Origin: Stegostoma tigrinum
Lineage: Eukaryota
Reading direction: 5' to 3'
Assembly (NCBI RefSeq): GCF_030684315.1
Contig: NC_081381.1
Span: forward strand, 30,920,784 to 30,984,783
DNA: 64,000 bases
Under the pieces are notes generated by a model. That model was not told where the DNA came from, did no database searches, and saw only the letters and a program-made list of their open reading frames with translations. The first letter of the stretch is position 1, and the number at the start of each line of letters is the position of its first letter. A program made the position numbers and the translations under genes. Positions 37,150 through 51,041 of this stretch are shown in pieces.

Positions 37150-38214
37150 TCAGAGTCATTGTGATCTACAGCACAGAAAAAAATGGCCCTTTGGCTCATT
37201 GCGTCCATGCTGGCCAAAATCAATGACCTAACTATTCTAATCCCATTTTCCGGCACTTAGCCCGTAGCCTTGTATGCCTTGACATTGCATCTGCACATCT
37301 GAATACTTAAATGTTCTGTGGCTTTCTGCTTCGTGACCCTTGTAGACAATGAGTTCCAAATTCCCACCACCCTATAGGTGAAAAACAAAAGTCCTCCCAC
37401 CCCCTCTAAGCCTCCTGTCCCTTATCTTAAATCTATGGCCCGTAGTCATTGAACCCTTCACTAAAGGTTAAGGTTTCTTCCTGTGTACCCTGTCTATGTC
37501 CTTCTTAATCATGTCCTTCCTCAGTCTCCTGTGCTCTGAGGAAAACAACCCCAGCCTGATCAATCTCTCTTCATAACTACAACTGTCCAGTCCAGGCAAC
37601 ATCTTGGTAAATCTCTACATGGTCTCCAGTGCAATCACATCCTTCCTGTAATGTGGATTCCAGAACTGCACACAATGTTTTATACAGTTTAATATAACGT
37701 TCCTGTTCTTTAAACTCCATGCCGAGGCTAATAACGGCAAGTATCCCAAATGTTGTCTTAATCACTTTCTTCAACTGTTGACCTATCTTAAGGGGCTAAT
37801 GGACATGTACACCAAAGTCCCTCTACTCCTCGGTGCTTCCCAGGGTCTGACTGTTCATCGTGTATTTGCTTACCTTGTTTGTCCGGCCCAAGTGCATCAT
37901 CTCATACTTATCCAGATTCAATTCTATTTGCCACTGATGAGCCCATCTGACCAGCCTGTCTATATCCTCCTGTGATCAAAAGGTACCCTCCTCACTATTT
38001 ACTACCCACCAATTTTCATATAATCTGAAAACTTATTGAACACCCTCCTACATTCAAGATGAAACCATTTATATATACTGCAAGCAGCATATGCCCTCAT
38101 TACTGATCTCTGTTGAACTCCACTGGAGGTCAGTACAGGCCTCCAGTTACAAAAAACATCCCTCAACCATTGTCCTCTGCTTCCTGCCAAGCAGCCAGTT
38201 CTGGATCCAATTAA
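37150..38214 (-). mobile_element. CR1 LINE fragment
   Basis: Degenerate SGVQQRSV / NKFSDYMKIGG / KLYKTL motifs and a CR1 3' UTR. Confidence 0.8.
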
Positions 38215-40105
38215 GTCAATAAATGTGGAGCTGGAAAAGCACAGCTGGTCCGACAGCATCGGAGAAGCAGGAAAGTCAACATTTTGGGCCGAAACCCTTC
38301 ATCAAGACTGGGGAGGGGGAAGCGACCCCAGAAATAGAGGGAGGAGGGTGGGGCAGAGTGGAGGGTAGATGACATGGAGATAGGTGGATGCAGGTCAGGG
38401 GTTAATGTGGTTGGTCAGTGGGAAGGACGGAGAAGATAGGTGAGTAGAAAGATGACACATTGTAGATGGAGAGGTTTTGAAGCTGGTGATGCAGGTAGGG
38501 AGTTATTGTGGTTGGTCAGTGGGAAGGATGGAGTGGATAGGTGAGTCAGAAGATGGACAAGTTGGGGGAGGAGAGATTTTGAAGCAGGTGAAGTCAATAT
38601 TCAGGCTATTGGACTGTAAGCTGTCAAGGCAAAATATGAGGTTTTGTTCTTCCAATTTATGTTTGGTTTCACACTGACTGTGGAGGAGGCCAAGGATGGA
38701 CATCTCACCAGGGGAGTGGGAGGCAAGTTAAAGTGGATGGCAACTGGAAGGTCAGGTTGGTTGGTGTGTGCAGAATGTAGATGTTCCACAAACTGATGCC
38801 CAACTCTGCATTTGGTCTCCCAGTGTACAGGAGACCACATTGGGAGCAATGGATACAGTAGATGATGTTAGATGAGTGCAGGTGAATCTCTGCTGGATTT
38901 GGAGGGATTGTATGGGGTCTCAAACGGAAATGAGGTATAGGGGCAGGTGTAGCACCTCCTGTATGGAAAGGTACCGAGAGGGATGGGGAGGGAAATGTCT
39001 TTTTGGTGGTGGGGTGTGATTAAAGGTGGCAGAAATGTTGGAGGATGATGTGTTGTATTCGGAGGTTGGTGGGGTGGTATGTGAGGACTAAGGGGACTCG
39101 GCCTTTATTGTTGTTGGAGGGAGGGGGTTTGAGGGCAGAAGCATGGGAAATGGGAGTGATACGTTGAGGGCTTTCTGAATAACAGAGGTGGGGAAACTAT
39201 GGTCTCAAAAGTAGGAGGATATCCGGGAAGTCCTAGAGTACAATGCGTCTTCCTGGAAGCAGATGCAGTGGAGGCAGAGGAATTGTGAGTATGGGTTAGA
39301 ATTTTTGCAGGAGGATGAGTGAGAGGAAGTGTAGTTGAGGTCATTGTAGGAGTCAGTGGGTTTGAAATGGATAACAGTGGTGAGTTGGTTACTGAAGCTG
39401 GAGGCAGAGAGGTCCAGGAAGGGGAGGGAGGTGTCAGAAATGGTCCAGGTGAATTTGAGGGCGCGGTGAAAGATGTTGGTGAAGTTGGCGAACTGGTCAC
39501 TCTCCTCGCAGGAGCACGAGGCAGCATCAAGTCATCAATATTAGCAGAGAAAGAGGTGGGGGTTGGTACCAGTATAGTTGCTGAAGAGGGACTGTTCCAC
39601 AAATCCCACGAAGAGGCAGGCATTCCTTGGGCCTGTGCAGATGCCCATGCTACCCCTTTGGTTTGCAGGAAGCGAGAGGAATCAAAGGAAAATTTGTTGA
39701 GAATGAGGCCCAGTTCTGCCAAACGAATGAGTGTCGGTGGAGGACTGGGTGGGCCTTCGGGAGAGGAAGAAGTGGAAGGCTTTTAGGGCATAATTGTGGG
39801 GGATGCAGGTGTATAGGGACTGAATGTTCATGGTGAAGAAGAGGCATTGGGGGCTGGGGAATTGAAATTTTTGGAAAAGATGGAGTTGAGATCAGAGGAG
39901 ATGAGCTCGGTGGGGCAGGAGCAGTCAGAGACAATGCATTGACCAAGGCAGTCAGGTTTATGGATCTTGGGTAGGAGATAGAAACAGGCAATGTCGGGTT
40001 GGGGAACTATCAGGTTGGAGGGTGTGGACAGGAGATCTGAGGTGATGAGGTTGTTGATGGGTGATCATGGCTTGGTGATCAGAGGTGGGGTCATGATCGA
40101 GGGAA
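38215..40105 (-). mobile_element. Older Penelope-like element (RT + GIY-YIG, many frameshifts) in AGMAT intron 3
   Basis: ELGLILNKFSFDSSRFLQTKGVA, NIIYCIHCSQCGLLYTG, KHKLEEQNLIFCL..LQ; 3' hammerhead remnant at ~38278-38304. Confidence 0.85.
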
Positions 40106-40662
40106 TCCCGTTAGCTCTGTAAGGGTTCATATTGGCTATTGGCCTTTCACTATTGCATTTGCAGCCTTTATTATGAGCCTAGAATGGATATTTTACCATG
40201 AGGAGCATCACAGTCGACCTGATTTTTTTTACATGCTATTCTGCGACATGTACTTCCAACAATGGATAATGATGGGGATCATAAATTTTGCCTATTATAT
40301 GATCATGGGACACAAAGCCAATTGCATTACAATTACTGCTTTCCAAGTTGAAATCAGTGAGCTCAACAAAGAGCTGAGATTGAACTGGACACATTCTTAG
40401 TTACTCACTAGGGCAAGTCACTGGACTGTTGTCTGGATGCCCAAGTCAAAGAAAATAATAGAAAGGTGGCTTTAAGAAACAGGTCCAATAACAGAATATT
40501 TGCTGGGGAGAGTAAGTACCAAGGAAACAACGGAATAATTGGTGGCAGAGAAGGAGAGGGAGTGAAGGCATGTCAAAACATCAAAATCTCATTGCTTGTT
40601 CTTGCTCCAGTTGGTTGCAAGCTGTGTTTCACCACGGTTTCCTGTTGTTCTGTTTTGATCAG

Positions 40663-40858
40663 ATATGGTCCATTAGGTTTGGTTCACGTTGATGCACATG
40701 CTGACACAAGTGATATTGTCCTAGGGGAAAAGATCTGTCATGGAACTCCCTTCAGGCGCTGTGTGGAAGAGGGACTGCTTGATTGTAAGCGTGTGATACA
40801 GATTGGGCTCCGCGGTTCTACTTATGAACCAGATGGTTACCTTTGGAGCAAAGAACAG
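40663..40858 (+). CDS. AGMAT: AGMAT exon 4 (DAHxD metal-binding motif)
   Basis: gatcag|A; YGPLGLVHVDAHADT...HGTPFRRCVEEGLLD...QIGLRGS; CAG|gtaaag; 196 nt. Confidence 0.97.
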
Positions 40859-42174
40859 GTAAAGTGTTTCTTTCTAAAATTTCGTGTTCTCCTCTCTATA
40901 TTCTTTGCACAGCTGGATAGGGTGTGTGTTTACTGGAGTTTGCCAATCATGCTTTTCCCATGTGACTTCTCTCTTTTCTTCATGTTCTGAAACAAGCTAC
41001 TTCCAGGTTGTGTTTGCACAGGTAGCACTGTTCTTTTGTGGTCCTACACAGTGTAAGCTGGGGGGCCATCCATCTCATCACAGAGCCAGAGTGTCTCTTG
41101 CCAGTGGCAACACTCCATTGCGACCAGGCTGAGATCCTCTGAACTCTGAATAAGTATTTCACCCAAGACTCTCCTTATCTGTACAATGAGCACATTGACA
41201 GTTGGATAATTGATGATTAATATTGATCTACAACTACATAAATTTGCATTCATTTAGTACCCTTAACATAGTAAAACAGTCTATGGCACTTCAGAGGAAC
41301 ATTACCAAGTGAGTTAGACTCCAAGCCGGATGAGGTCCTGCTAAGACAGGTGACAAAAAGCTTCATCAAAGTGATTAGTTTTAAGGAGTGTCTTAAAAGA
41401 GATCGATATGGAGAGATTAAGAGATTTTTCTATTCATTCATGGGATGTAGGTGTTGCTGGCTGGGTCATATTGCATATCCCTCATTGCCCATGAGAAGGT
41501 GGTGGTGAACTGCCTACTTGAACCTCTACAATTAATGTGGTGTATCTACGGATTTGAGGTGGATACATCCACAATGTCATTAGGAAGTTAGTTCCAGGAT
41601 TTTAAACCGATGACACTAAAGGAATGTTAACATATTTCCAAGTGGGAATGCCGAGTGCTCAAGATTTTAGGCATCCGAAAACCATTCCCAGTGCAAATTT
41701 GAAAAGCTGAGGGTGACCTCCCTTTTTGTGAGAAAGCATTCACCTGACAACATTCCATCAAATGGTTCTCCCCCTCATTGTTAGGGAACATATGACATCA
41801 ACAAAATATAAGCATGAACTCCCAACTAAGGACTATGTTTCAGGGGGTGACCCAGCTTCAGCTTAACACAAAAGTAAAATTGGGTTGCATTTGTTGGAAA
41901 TGTAGTCAATCTCTGCTATTTTGTGTACTTATTCCTGTGTTTGGCGGGGGGGGGGGCGGTGGTGGATGCTATCTCATAGCCCTGTATGAACACAAAAACC
42001 AGGGAATGCCTGACTGAATTAAGAAAATGGAGAATTAAGAACTAATTAACTCTTAATTCTTTTTCTTCATGCTTGCATTGGAACGGTCAGTAGACCATTT
42101 ATTTTGATTGTTATTACTTGAGAAAAAAACATTCTTCATCAATGCTTTTCATTTTAGTGTTCTAATATTCATAG

Positions 42175-42354
42175 GGTTTTCGAGTGGTTACTGGAGAGGA
42201 TTGCTGGTTACGTTCCCTTGTTCCCCTTATGAAGGAGGTGAGGCAGCAGATGGGGAATGGCCCGGTGTATATTAGTTTTGATATTGATGGCCTGGATCCA
42301 GCCTTTGCTCCTGGTACTGGAACTCCAGAGATTGCAGGTCTTCAACCCAGCCAG
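42175..42354 (+). CDS. AGMAT: AGMAT exon 5 (SFDIDxLDPAxAPGTGT motif)
   Basis: tcatag|GGT; [26 protein letters not shown]; CAG|gtaagt; 180 nt. Confidence 0.97.
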
Positions 42355-43239
42355 GTAAGTGAGCAGAATAAGAGGATCTCTACTCTTATAGAACACAGCT
42401 GACAAGTGAAACGTATGGCAAAACTGAACAGAGAGAAAAGACGATACGAGGCTGTTTCACCTTTTCAAGTGCTTGGGCATATTCTAGTCATAGTGTTCTG
42501 ATTCAACTTTTTTTTCCCCCTTTCTTCTTTCAGGAGATGTAGGTTTAACTGGAAAAGGTAGCATTTGTTATCCATCCTCATTTGCCTTTGGGGCAGTCAA
42601 GAGTCACTCACATTGTTGTGGGGCTGATGTCACATGTAGGCTAGGCAAGGATGGGAGATTTCCTTCCCTAAAGGGTATTAGTGAACCAGATGAGCTTTTG
42701 CAAGTCAATTATAGTTTCATGGTCACCATTACTGAGACTAGCTTTTAGATGTAGACTTTATTAATTTACTTTAAAATTCCACCAGCTGCACTGGGTGGGA
42801 TTTAAACCATGGCACCAAAGTACTTGCCCTAACCTCTGTATTACTAGAGCATTACTACTACATCACTGTCTGTTCATGTTCACACAACTCCTAAAACATC
42901 ATTTCAAATCAGCTAATGTGCTAATTTTATGTTTTAGAGGCTTGAGTAGAGCCTCAGTTAGACAGCACACAGTTTATCTGTTCAGAAACAAATTAATACC
43001 AAACAGATAATTACAAAGACAGAAAGCAGGTAGCAGAGACACCACAGGAAAGGAGAATAACAACCCCAGGCACTATCAATGCAAACAGAAAGGGAAGTGT
43101 AATAGAGATATTCACAGCAGGTAACCAAGGCATTGAGTAATAGAGTAAAGTGAGAAAGTAATAGAGGAAAACAGTGAAAAGATAAGCAACAAAAAGATAC
43201 AGAAAAATAGAGATGCAGGTGAAAGCAACAAAGAAACAC

Positions 43240-43590
43240 AGCAAGGTGGTTAGCACTGCTCCCTCACAGCACCAGGGATACGGGTTCAGTTCCAGCCTCA
43301 GGTGATTGTCTGTGTGGAGTTTGCACAATCACTCCCTGTCTGCATGGGTTTCCTCCCAGTATACCAATTCCCTCCCGAAATACATAGATATGCAGGTTGG
43401 GTGAATTTGCCGTGCTAAAGTGCCCATAGTATCTAGGGATGTGTAGGTTATGTGGATTCGCCATGGGAAAATGTGAGGTTACAGGGATGGCAGCTTGGGG
43501 AAGAAGTGAAACTAGGTGGGATGCTCTTTGGAGGGTTGGTGTGGACTTTTTCAGCTGAATGATCTATTCCCACCCTGTAGGGATTCTATT
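43240..43590 (+). mobile_element. HE1-like V-SINE (diverged)
   Basis: gtggttagcactgct...tgtgtggagtttgcac...ctgtagggattctat. Confidence 0.8.
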
Positions 43591-44112
43591 TAAAAAAAAA
43601 ACCTATAAAAGAAAAAGTTAGAGGTATGGGCCACAAGAAGAGAGAATTTTGTTGACCACGTACAAAACAGGATTGAAGCTATGTCTTACTTTGAGAATGT
43701 TAAGATAACCAAGTCTTAAGTGAATTTTGGCTGAATACAAAATAGAATTCCCCCAAGTTGTGCTCCAAACTGTAAACCAATAAATATAGCTGAGAATGCA
43801 TCACAAACACACTTCAGGATGTTCTGACCATTTTCCTGCATAAAGAATTCAACACAAGTTCAAGCTGTCAATCCACTAATGAGCCTAATTTCTCACCTTG
43901 CATATGACTTACATGAGGATACCACCATATGCTGATCTAACACTAAGCCAACTGTACAATTGTCTTATGTTCACAGAATAGCAAAATATTACCAGGAATG
44001 GACTTTAATACTAGATATTATTAAGTTGAAAAAAAAAGCCAAGTTCTGGTTGTTCAGATTCTTAAGAAATCATTCAATATAAGGAGGAATTGAAAAACTA
44101 CTGTGTTTACAG

Positions 44113-44197
44113 GCTTTGGAAATCATCCGGGGTTGTCGGGGAATGAAAGTAATCGGTTGTGACTTGGTTGAGGTTTCACCAATATATGATACTTCTG
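44113..44197 (+). CDS. AGMAT: AGMAT exon 6
   Basis: ttacag|GCT; ALEIIRGCRGMKVIGCDLVEVSPIYDTS; G|gtaaga; 85 nt; not in the ORF track. Confidence 0.95.
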
Positions 44198-44735
44198 GTA
44201 AGAAAATAAAGCTAAAATGTTTTATTATTGTTACTGTGGGTTACTATCAACTGCCACAAACAAGCAGTTGTCAACAATATCTTGATTAATATGGTTGTAT
44301 TGTTAGCACTAAATCAAAACATTGTAGTCTCAAACTCCACTTTGAGATTTGAGTGAATAATCTTGGCTGACATTCCATTGTAAAACAGAGGGAATGCAGC
44401 ATTTTTCAGAGGCGTTGTCCTCTGAATGAGGCACTGTTGGACAGTTTGGATGAATATATAAAGTTTGGTAACCTGGCACACAAATGTTGAGTGAATTAAA
44501 AGTAATAATTGTGAGTGGTGTCCCTGATGTGTTGGCATAATGGCAAGTTTGCTTGATAATACTAGCTATGAAAACTCACTTGCATAGATAACTTTGAGAA
44601 ATAAGTGCTAACACTTGAGTACCACCATTACCAGTGGTGATATTGATAAATACTAACAGTGTAAAAAGGAAAGTCTTAAGGATGAAAGGTATATGCCAAT
44701 TTATTTCAACAATTTCACAAGTCTGTATTTTTCAG

Positions 44736-44809
44736 GTAACACAGCTTTGACAGCTGCCAATCTGCTTTTCGAGATGCTTTGTGTTCTACCCAACGTTAAG
44801 TATCACTGA
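44736..44809 (+). CDS. AGMAT: AGMAT exon 7 (stop)
   Basis: tttttcag|GT; GNTALTAANLLFEMLCVLPNVKYH*; spliced CDS is 1044 nt (347 aa); AATAAA at 45199 and 45252. Confidence 0.95.
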
Positions 44810-47800
44810 ACTTTGTATGGTGTTTAGGTCACATTTATTAGAATGAGTGATAATCATTTAATAACTAACTGCTTTCTCACGCAGTGCAACCGTTACTGGA
44901 AAAGACTTAAATGCGTTCTACTAATTCAAACTTTAAACAATTTGGAACATGCAGTATTTTACATGCAAAAGCCTCAGTTACAATGGACATGTTGTGTGTG
45001 ATAATTTGCAGAGATCTATAATCAAGAAATGCCTTGTCATGTCTGGTACTATCTTAATTGCTTTCATTAATGTTGAAAAAAACCCCACGTTAAATCAGCC
45101 TACCAAACTGCAGTTGACTCATAGCATTGATTGAGAAATATTTTAGGATCCATACTGGCAATTCCCTTCTTATTGTAACTTTTGACTTTCGTAATATGAA
45201 TAAACAGTAATGATTTGTTACTGAGATTGCTTGTAATTGAGTGACTCTGAAAATAAATTAATCTTGTTGGTCTTCACAGATCTCAAATGATTTGAAGTTA
45301 TTTATTAAAAGCCAGCACTCATCCTGTTAGGACAGCAGGTATGATCAGTAGCCTACTGTTCAAAACAGTAACAAAGTTGCAATTTTAAACAGTGCCTTTA
45401 GGTTAGGATGGGAAAGAATGGACAAGGATTCCTGCTGTATCAAAACACAGCAAACATCACTGTGCCTTAGAAGAAAAGCGAGTGGAAACAAATTAGATAC
45501 AAGTGAATTTCAATCTGAAAGTATGGAATCAATCAGAGACCAGACGTATGGTTAAAAAGGAAAGAGTAATGGTGCAAAGATAGTTGAATCATTCTCTGTT
45601 TTGGGTCCACACTCACTGCAGCATGGGATAGGGTGGATCAGATGTTTGGCATTTAATACACGCATTGATCCTGACTTTTGTATTGGGTACTGTAAACTTA
45701 GCAATACAAACCTGTACCTAGCCGTAAGTTATGGTCCACTGAGACACTAACATAATTCATTTGCCCCAAAAGGTGCAAATATCCAGCGCATGTTCTCTGT
45801 CAAGTTAAAACCAATTTCTGAACTTTTCATGAATGTGGAATATTACAAACACAACCCTCAATGTGGCTGTGACATACACAATTAGCTAAATCACACCAAG
45901 TTCTCACTTACTGTAATGGCATCAGCTTTTCAACTTTTTGTTAATGCTGGGTGCAACTAAACATATCCATGAATATAAATTTTATTCTAATTTAAAAATG
46001 CCTACAGTTTGCAATATTTAAAGTGACATTTAGTATCAGAAACATTCAAGTGCATACAATAAGACAGTAGTGAAAATCCCAATTTAACTGCATGTTGCAA
46101 AATTAATCACCTTTTTCATAACTCATCCTGTACAGATTCAGCAATTGGGTGAAGTAGTAAATGTACCAGCTGGCTTTTTTTTCAACAACAATGCACCAGA
46201 TGGTCCTAGGTTACTTGCCCTGTTCTTTACTGAGTTAGCAGATCTTTGCCAAAAAAAAAATGAAGGTTGCAACAATTGACTCAAGAACTGAGGGTTAAGC
46301 AGGCAGAAAGAAGATAGCCAGAGTTCCCATTCTTGGTCACTAATGTGTGATCATAGTCTAAGATGTTGGACAAGGACAGGATCAGTTTGCACAAAGAATG
46401 GCCACAAAGTAATGGAAGACATTCAAAGCCCAGGGAACCTGACTCTAAGAAAAATGGAGGGCAAGAAAATTGAGAAATAGAACTGTGCTAAATGACAAGT
46501 TCTGTGGCTTCACAAACACAATCTTGGTTAATGCCAATGCGCTCAAATCTTCAACGAAAAGCTGATGTTACTCAATCATAATCTAGTTTCACAGATGCAT
46601 CTGTCAGAAGTACATGCAATACAGAATCCAGGTCTGCACTCTACGCAACTTACTATCATTAAAGACAACAAGAACCCTACAAACATGGTCTCTGACCTGA
46701 CTGGGTGAGACTTAACTTCAGGATTATGATTTCATAGAATTACTCCAATTGAATAAAATAACATTTCCAGCAGTATTTACTTTAAGAAGGAATGTCACAA
46801 ATGTGGAGGATAATTTTAAAGAAATCTGGTTAGTATTAGCAACTGCACAAAGAATGGGTAAAAATCAGGGAATTTTTTAAAAAACTGCACATCTTGGACA
46901 TCTGAAATAAATAAAATGCTAGAACCATAATTACATTTGAACAGAAGAACATGTTGGTTTAGAAATAAGGGGCACACTCATTTCTGGGCAGAAAAGGGCA
47001 CATGAAATTTTCCCAGGCAGTGTGGGGCTGAAAGGTCAGGGAGTCCATGCAAAGTAATTTACTTTCTTTCTTGGGCCCAGACATCTATGTCCTTGGTCTG
47101 GGTTTCCCCGAGCAGAGTTTGTTGGTCATGCGCAGCCTCAGGCCATACCACTCTTGGCTGGATGACCTTAAACAGATTATAGACTTCCTACTGCACCAAG
47201 ATAAAGTCACCACAATCCTACCTGAGCATAGGGCTGCTCTCTCATTAGGGAGAGAGATGACTGGTGGTGGTTTAATCATGGGGTTGCTACGCTACAGGTG
47301 AGTGGAGAGGTTGCGAAGGAGACCCTTTTATGTAACCTCAGCCAGTGTGGGAATTGAACCAATGCACCACAAACCAGCTATTCAACTAACGGAGCTAACT
47401 GATCCCCTGTAGAGGCAAAAATCCAAGTCTCTGCTGCAGGGGTGGCTAAAACATTTGCTGTTCGTGCCCAATATAGCTGGTGGTGTACTTATGGCTATAA
47501 TTGTATATGCCTTCCAACCACCATAATGAAACCTTAGTAGTACACTGGCATTCCAAAAGGGGAAGGGGGGCAGACTGACTTGTGGGCACTCTCTTACTTG
47601 CCCTTTCCTGTCAGATGTTCATCAATATGCCATGCAATTTCAGTATTTACTTCCTTTATTTCAGAATCCACTATCTTGCTGTGACAGAATATACAGCCAG
47701 CAAGTGAAGTCAGCTATATACAAGTCTAAACGTCTAACATTTAATAAATACATTAAATAGTTTATATTATTTGCATTAGGTACTTGTATACAGCAACCAA

Positions 47801-49002
47801 ACACTGTTGTTTCAGGCAGGTGCAGACTCCATTATTTCATCCACTGGTTAACATTTATGTTTCAAATCTGCTAGCACCTCATCTAATCTAGGAGACAGTA
47901 ACTGTGTATCTTAACCCTGTTTAGTAGCTATTCTTCAGAAATTTATAACCCAGTGTTCTGCCATTCAGATTACAAAAACAACGTTTTTTTAAAAAGATTG
48001 GTGGAAAAGTGCTTCTCAGCACTTCAAATGAAGTCACTACAATGTTGCACTAGGCCACACGGATCAGAAAATTCAATCCCTGGTCTATCCTAATCTTGTC
48101 TTGGACATTGGAGGTTAGGGAAAAAAGGGAAAACACAGCCTCACAAATGGTGTCAATGCAACACTGTGAAGAATGAGGAAAGTAAACATTCTTCCAAGTT
48201 TCCAATTTTGATCACTGTCTATTCACTGCTCCTGGAAAGTAAGTGCACGTGCCTCTGGACATCAGATAAGGATAGCAGCTGTGATATCCTAACAACAACA
48301 AAAAAAAACTTGCTGACATCTCATATCTAAGCGATAACTTTGAGTACTGGAATCTTAGCAAATGTTATCATTTTGAGGAATTGATAGAGTAAATGGGTGA
48401 GAATACAGCTGAGAAATGCAGTAGGCAGAAAAGTACAAGTTTAGAATAAATCGCTGCATATAACTTCACAAAAACATGAAACCAGCACTCAATTTTAACA
48501 GAGAGGTCAGTTTTTCATTGCGGAGAAGGTAGAATATCTGTGGTTGGAGTGGTCGGAGGCCTATGTTTCTTGCCTTCCCCTCGATATTATGGCAGAGTTA
48601 CATGCACAAGCAAAAGTAGGATTTTCTTACTAGGAGGAAGACAGGGAAAGGAGGGTTAGAAGAACAAAACCTAGAACTACAATAATTCTAGTATGCAAAT
48701 TTGTGTGAGGTCAGTGGCTCAAACTCCATCATAGCATTGCCATCTGTTTTTAAATTCTACTTCTCTACCAATTCCTCATTTGTTAATGTGCAAACTAAAA
48801 GAGATTTGTGCGTACACAGTTTTCTAACCTGTTGATTCACCTGGTCCTTTTGTTTCACTTTACATGGCTCTTTGCATCACAGATCTAAACAAGACTGAGA
48901 AAATATTCTGAAAAAATAACGTAGAGCTGTAAATTCCTGCTCTATTCAATTGTGGTTCAGGTGCATTTCAGCACAAAATTCTACCAGCAAAACTACAGAA
49001 TA

Positions 49003-49429
49003 TCAGTGAAGCTCCGGCCAACAGGGTACGTAGTATCGTTGCAGAATCCCTTCAAGCAGTCTGTCCATCCAAAGGTGAAGTTTGTTGAGTAGTTGCTCGG
49101 TCTGTTTCACAGATACATTGGAGCTGGGTGGAGATTGATGTGGGCTGTTTGTTTCCATTGCTTCAGTCGGCCTTTTCCCATCTTGCGTTGGTTCCAAGCC
49201 ATTTAGAATGCTCCTGTTCTCAGTTCCCTTAAAGAATTGAGGTTTGAACAAGCAGAAGTACTTCCGGTGTCCGTTTAATGCCAACACATAGCCAATGTAG
49301 TTCTGGGTATGGCAACTTTCATCTTGTAGACTGGAAATCCGAGCAGGATCCTGGGCAAATTCTAACAGATCTAGCAGCCACCCCCGATGTTTTGATAAGT
49401 TTAAAAAGGAGAAGTGTAGTGATTTATTC
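49003..49429 (-). CDS. DNAJC16: DNAJC16 (ERdj8) last coding exon
   Basis: ctgtag|G; LHFSFLNLSKHRGWLLDLLEFAQD...YIGYVLALNGHRKYFCLFKP...KLHLWMDRLLEGILQRYYVPCWPELH*. Confidence 0.95.
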
Positions 49430-50035
49430 CTACAGCAAAATTTTAAAAGAATGTACATTTTAATAAGTGCGCAGAGCTTGTACAGTATTTTTCGTTACTA
49501 CAAACAGTACTTTCAAAACAAAGATAAAATCCAAAGTAAAATATTTGAAATTTAAGTTAGAAGCTATTGCATTTTGAACAAGGGTGTGCTACCATGTGTA
49601 AAGAACCAGATTAGTGTTTCAACTATCACTTACTAAACTAGATCTTCACCTTGCTGCATATTTCTATTACTTTCTTTCGTTATAGATTTATTGATGAATA
49701 TGCTTAACTCTTTCAATCAGTAGTACTCAACAGAATTGTTGCAACTAAATGGCTAACGATTCTTTGCAAAATTATGCTTTTTCTTCTGTTTAAACAGAGA
49801 GAGAAAACTAATTTTTAAGATTCTTGATGAGAACCCAGAGATACTTTCTGCGAAATGTAAATGGTATACCTTCAGAATCACCTGCATTATGCTTAGTTTC
49901 ACCTCTACCTGTGAATATCTAAATGTTGCAAAGTAGGAGCTGTGCTGGGATCTTCTAATTTGCAATGTGCAGTGTACTCCAGTTTTTTGCAGCGGAGAGT
50001 CCACATGATATCGTCCCACCCCATACTTTACTCAC

Positions 50036-50206
50036 CAGGTAACAGGATACACTTCATGTGCAAACTTCTGAATTAAAGCATTCTTTGTAGCATCGGTGAC
50101 CACAACCAGTACATTAATGTTTCCAGGCATTAGCCGCACAAGATTGCTGTTATAGTTGATGTAGGTCAATTCAGTCACTTCCACAAAATTCTGCTCTGGG
50201 GACCTA
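50036..50206 (-). CDS. DNAJC16: DNAJC16 penultimate exon
   Basis: tatccag|T; RSPEQNFVEVTELTYINYNSNLVRLMPGNINV...LIQKFAHEVYP; TG|gtgagt; 171 nt; not in the ORF track. Confidence 0.93.
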
Positions 50207-50930
50207 CTGGATAGAGAGAGGATTCATTATCTATCCATCCAGTGAAATCTTCTTCATTTCTCACATCTGACACATCCTTCTCATTCATCTTAAGTAACCC
50301 TGCCTATCAGGTAGATTTCTAGAACAACTGCCATGAATAATGATGTCCCTTTAACACTTCTGGTATTCAATGTTGCTGGGTCAAAATGCTTGCTGTCCCT
50401 CCCTAACAGCTGAAAGGGAATAACTTCACTAGACTGACAGCAGTACTTCAATTCAGCAACTCAACAATCTTTTTGAGAGCATTTAGGAAGTAGCAATAAA
50501 AATAAATTTCCTAAAATAATTATGTTGCCCTCCATGTCATATGTAAATTAATCTATTTAGTTCTCCCCATAGTATATCATGTGTATATCTGGACTAGGAA
50601 TGTCAACAGGTTAATCACTTTGGTGAGTCTGAACACAAACCTGATTCTCACCTTTACTTGCAAGGACCAATCAACTGCATTGAACATACATAGTGAACAT
50701 GACTGTATATCCTTTCTTGTGAATGCATAGCTAAATGTCAGGGCTCTGAAACAGCCAGAGCATCTACAGTGTGTGGCTATAGATTGTGACTTAGATAATA
50801 TTAAATGTGTCTGACTCAAAGTGGCTGGTTGGGTACAATGCAGGCCAATAGCCCCAAATGTTACATGTCAGCAACGGACAGGAAAAACATGCAAGTGAAT
50901 TGTGGAGTTTGACTGTTGAGAAGGCCATAC

Positions 50931-51041
50931 CTTAAATTCCTGTTGGTGTTGATTTGCTGCTTTTTTGTTTCCCGATTCTTATCTGTTGCTGGTTCCTGTT
51001 CTTTCTCAGATTCAGACCTGCTCTCCATGTCACTTGGTTCC
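50931..51041 (-). CDS. DNAJC16: DNAJC16 charged linker exon
   Basis: cttcag|G; EPSDMESRSESEKEQEPATDKNRETKKQQINTNRNL; AG|gtatgg; 111 nt, phase 2/2 fits both neighbours. Confidence 0.85.

Noticed and set aside
43011-43239. Hydrophobic minus-strand ORFs
   Set aside because: Complement of a purine-rich low-complexity tract beside a SINE
44731-44741. AGMAT exon 7 starts cag|GTAAC, resembling a recursive splice site
   Set aside because: Explained by the conserved Gly-Asn codons; it is the last exon and no downstream acceptor is evident
48050-48340. Old SINE-like segments, possibly LF-SINE-related (also ~26950-27170, 33870-34060, 46200-46400)
   Set aside because: Too degenerate to bound or name without alignment
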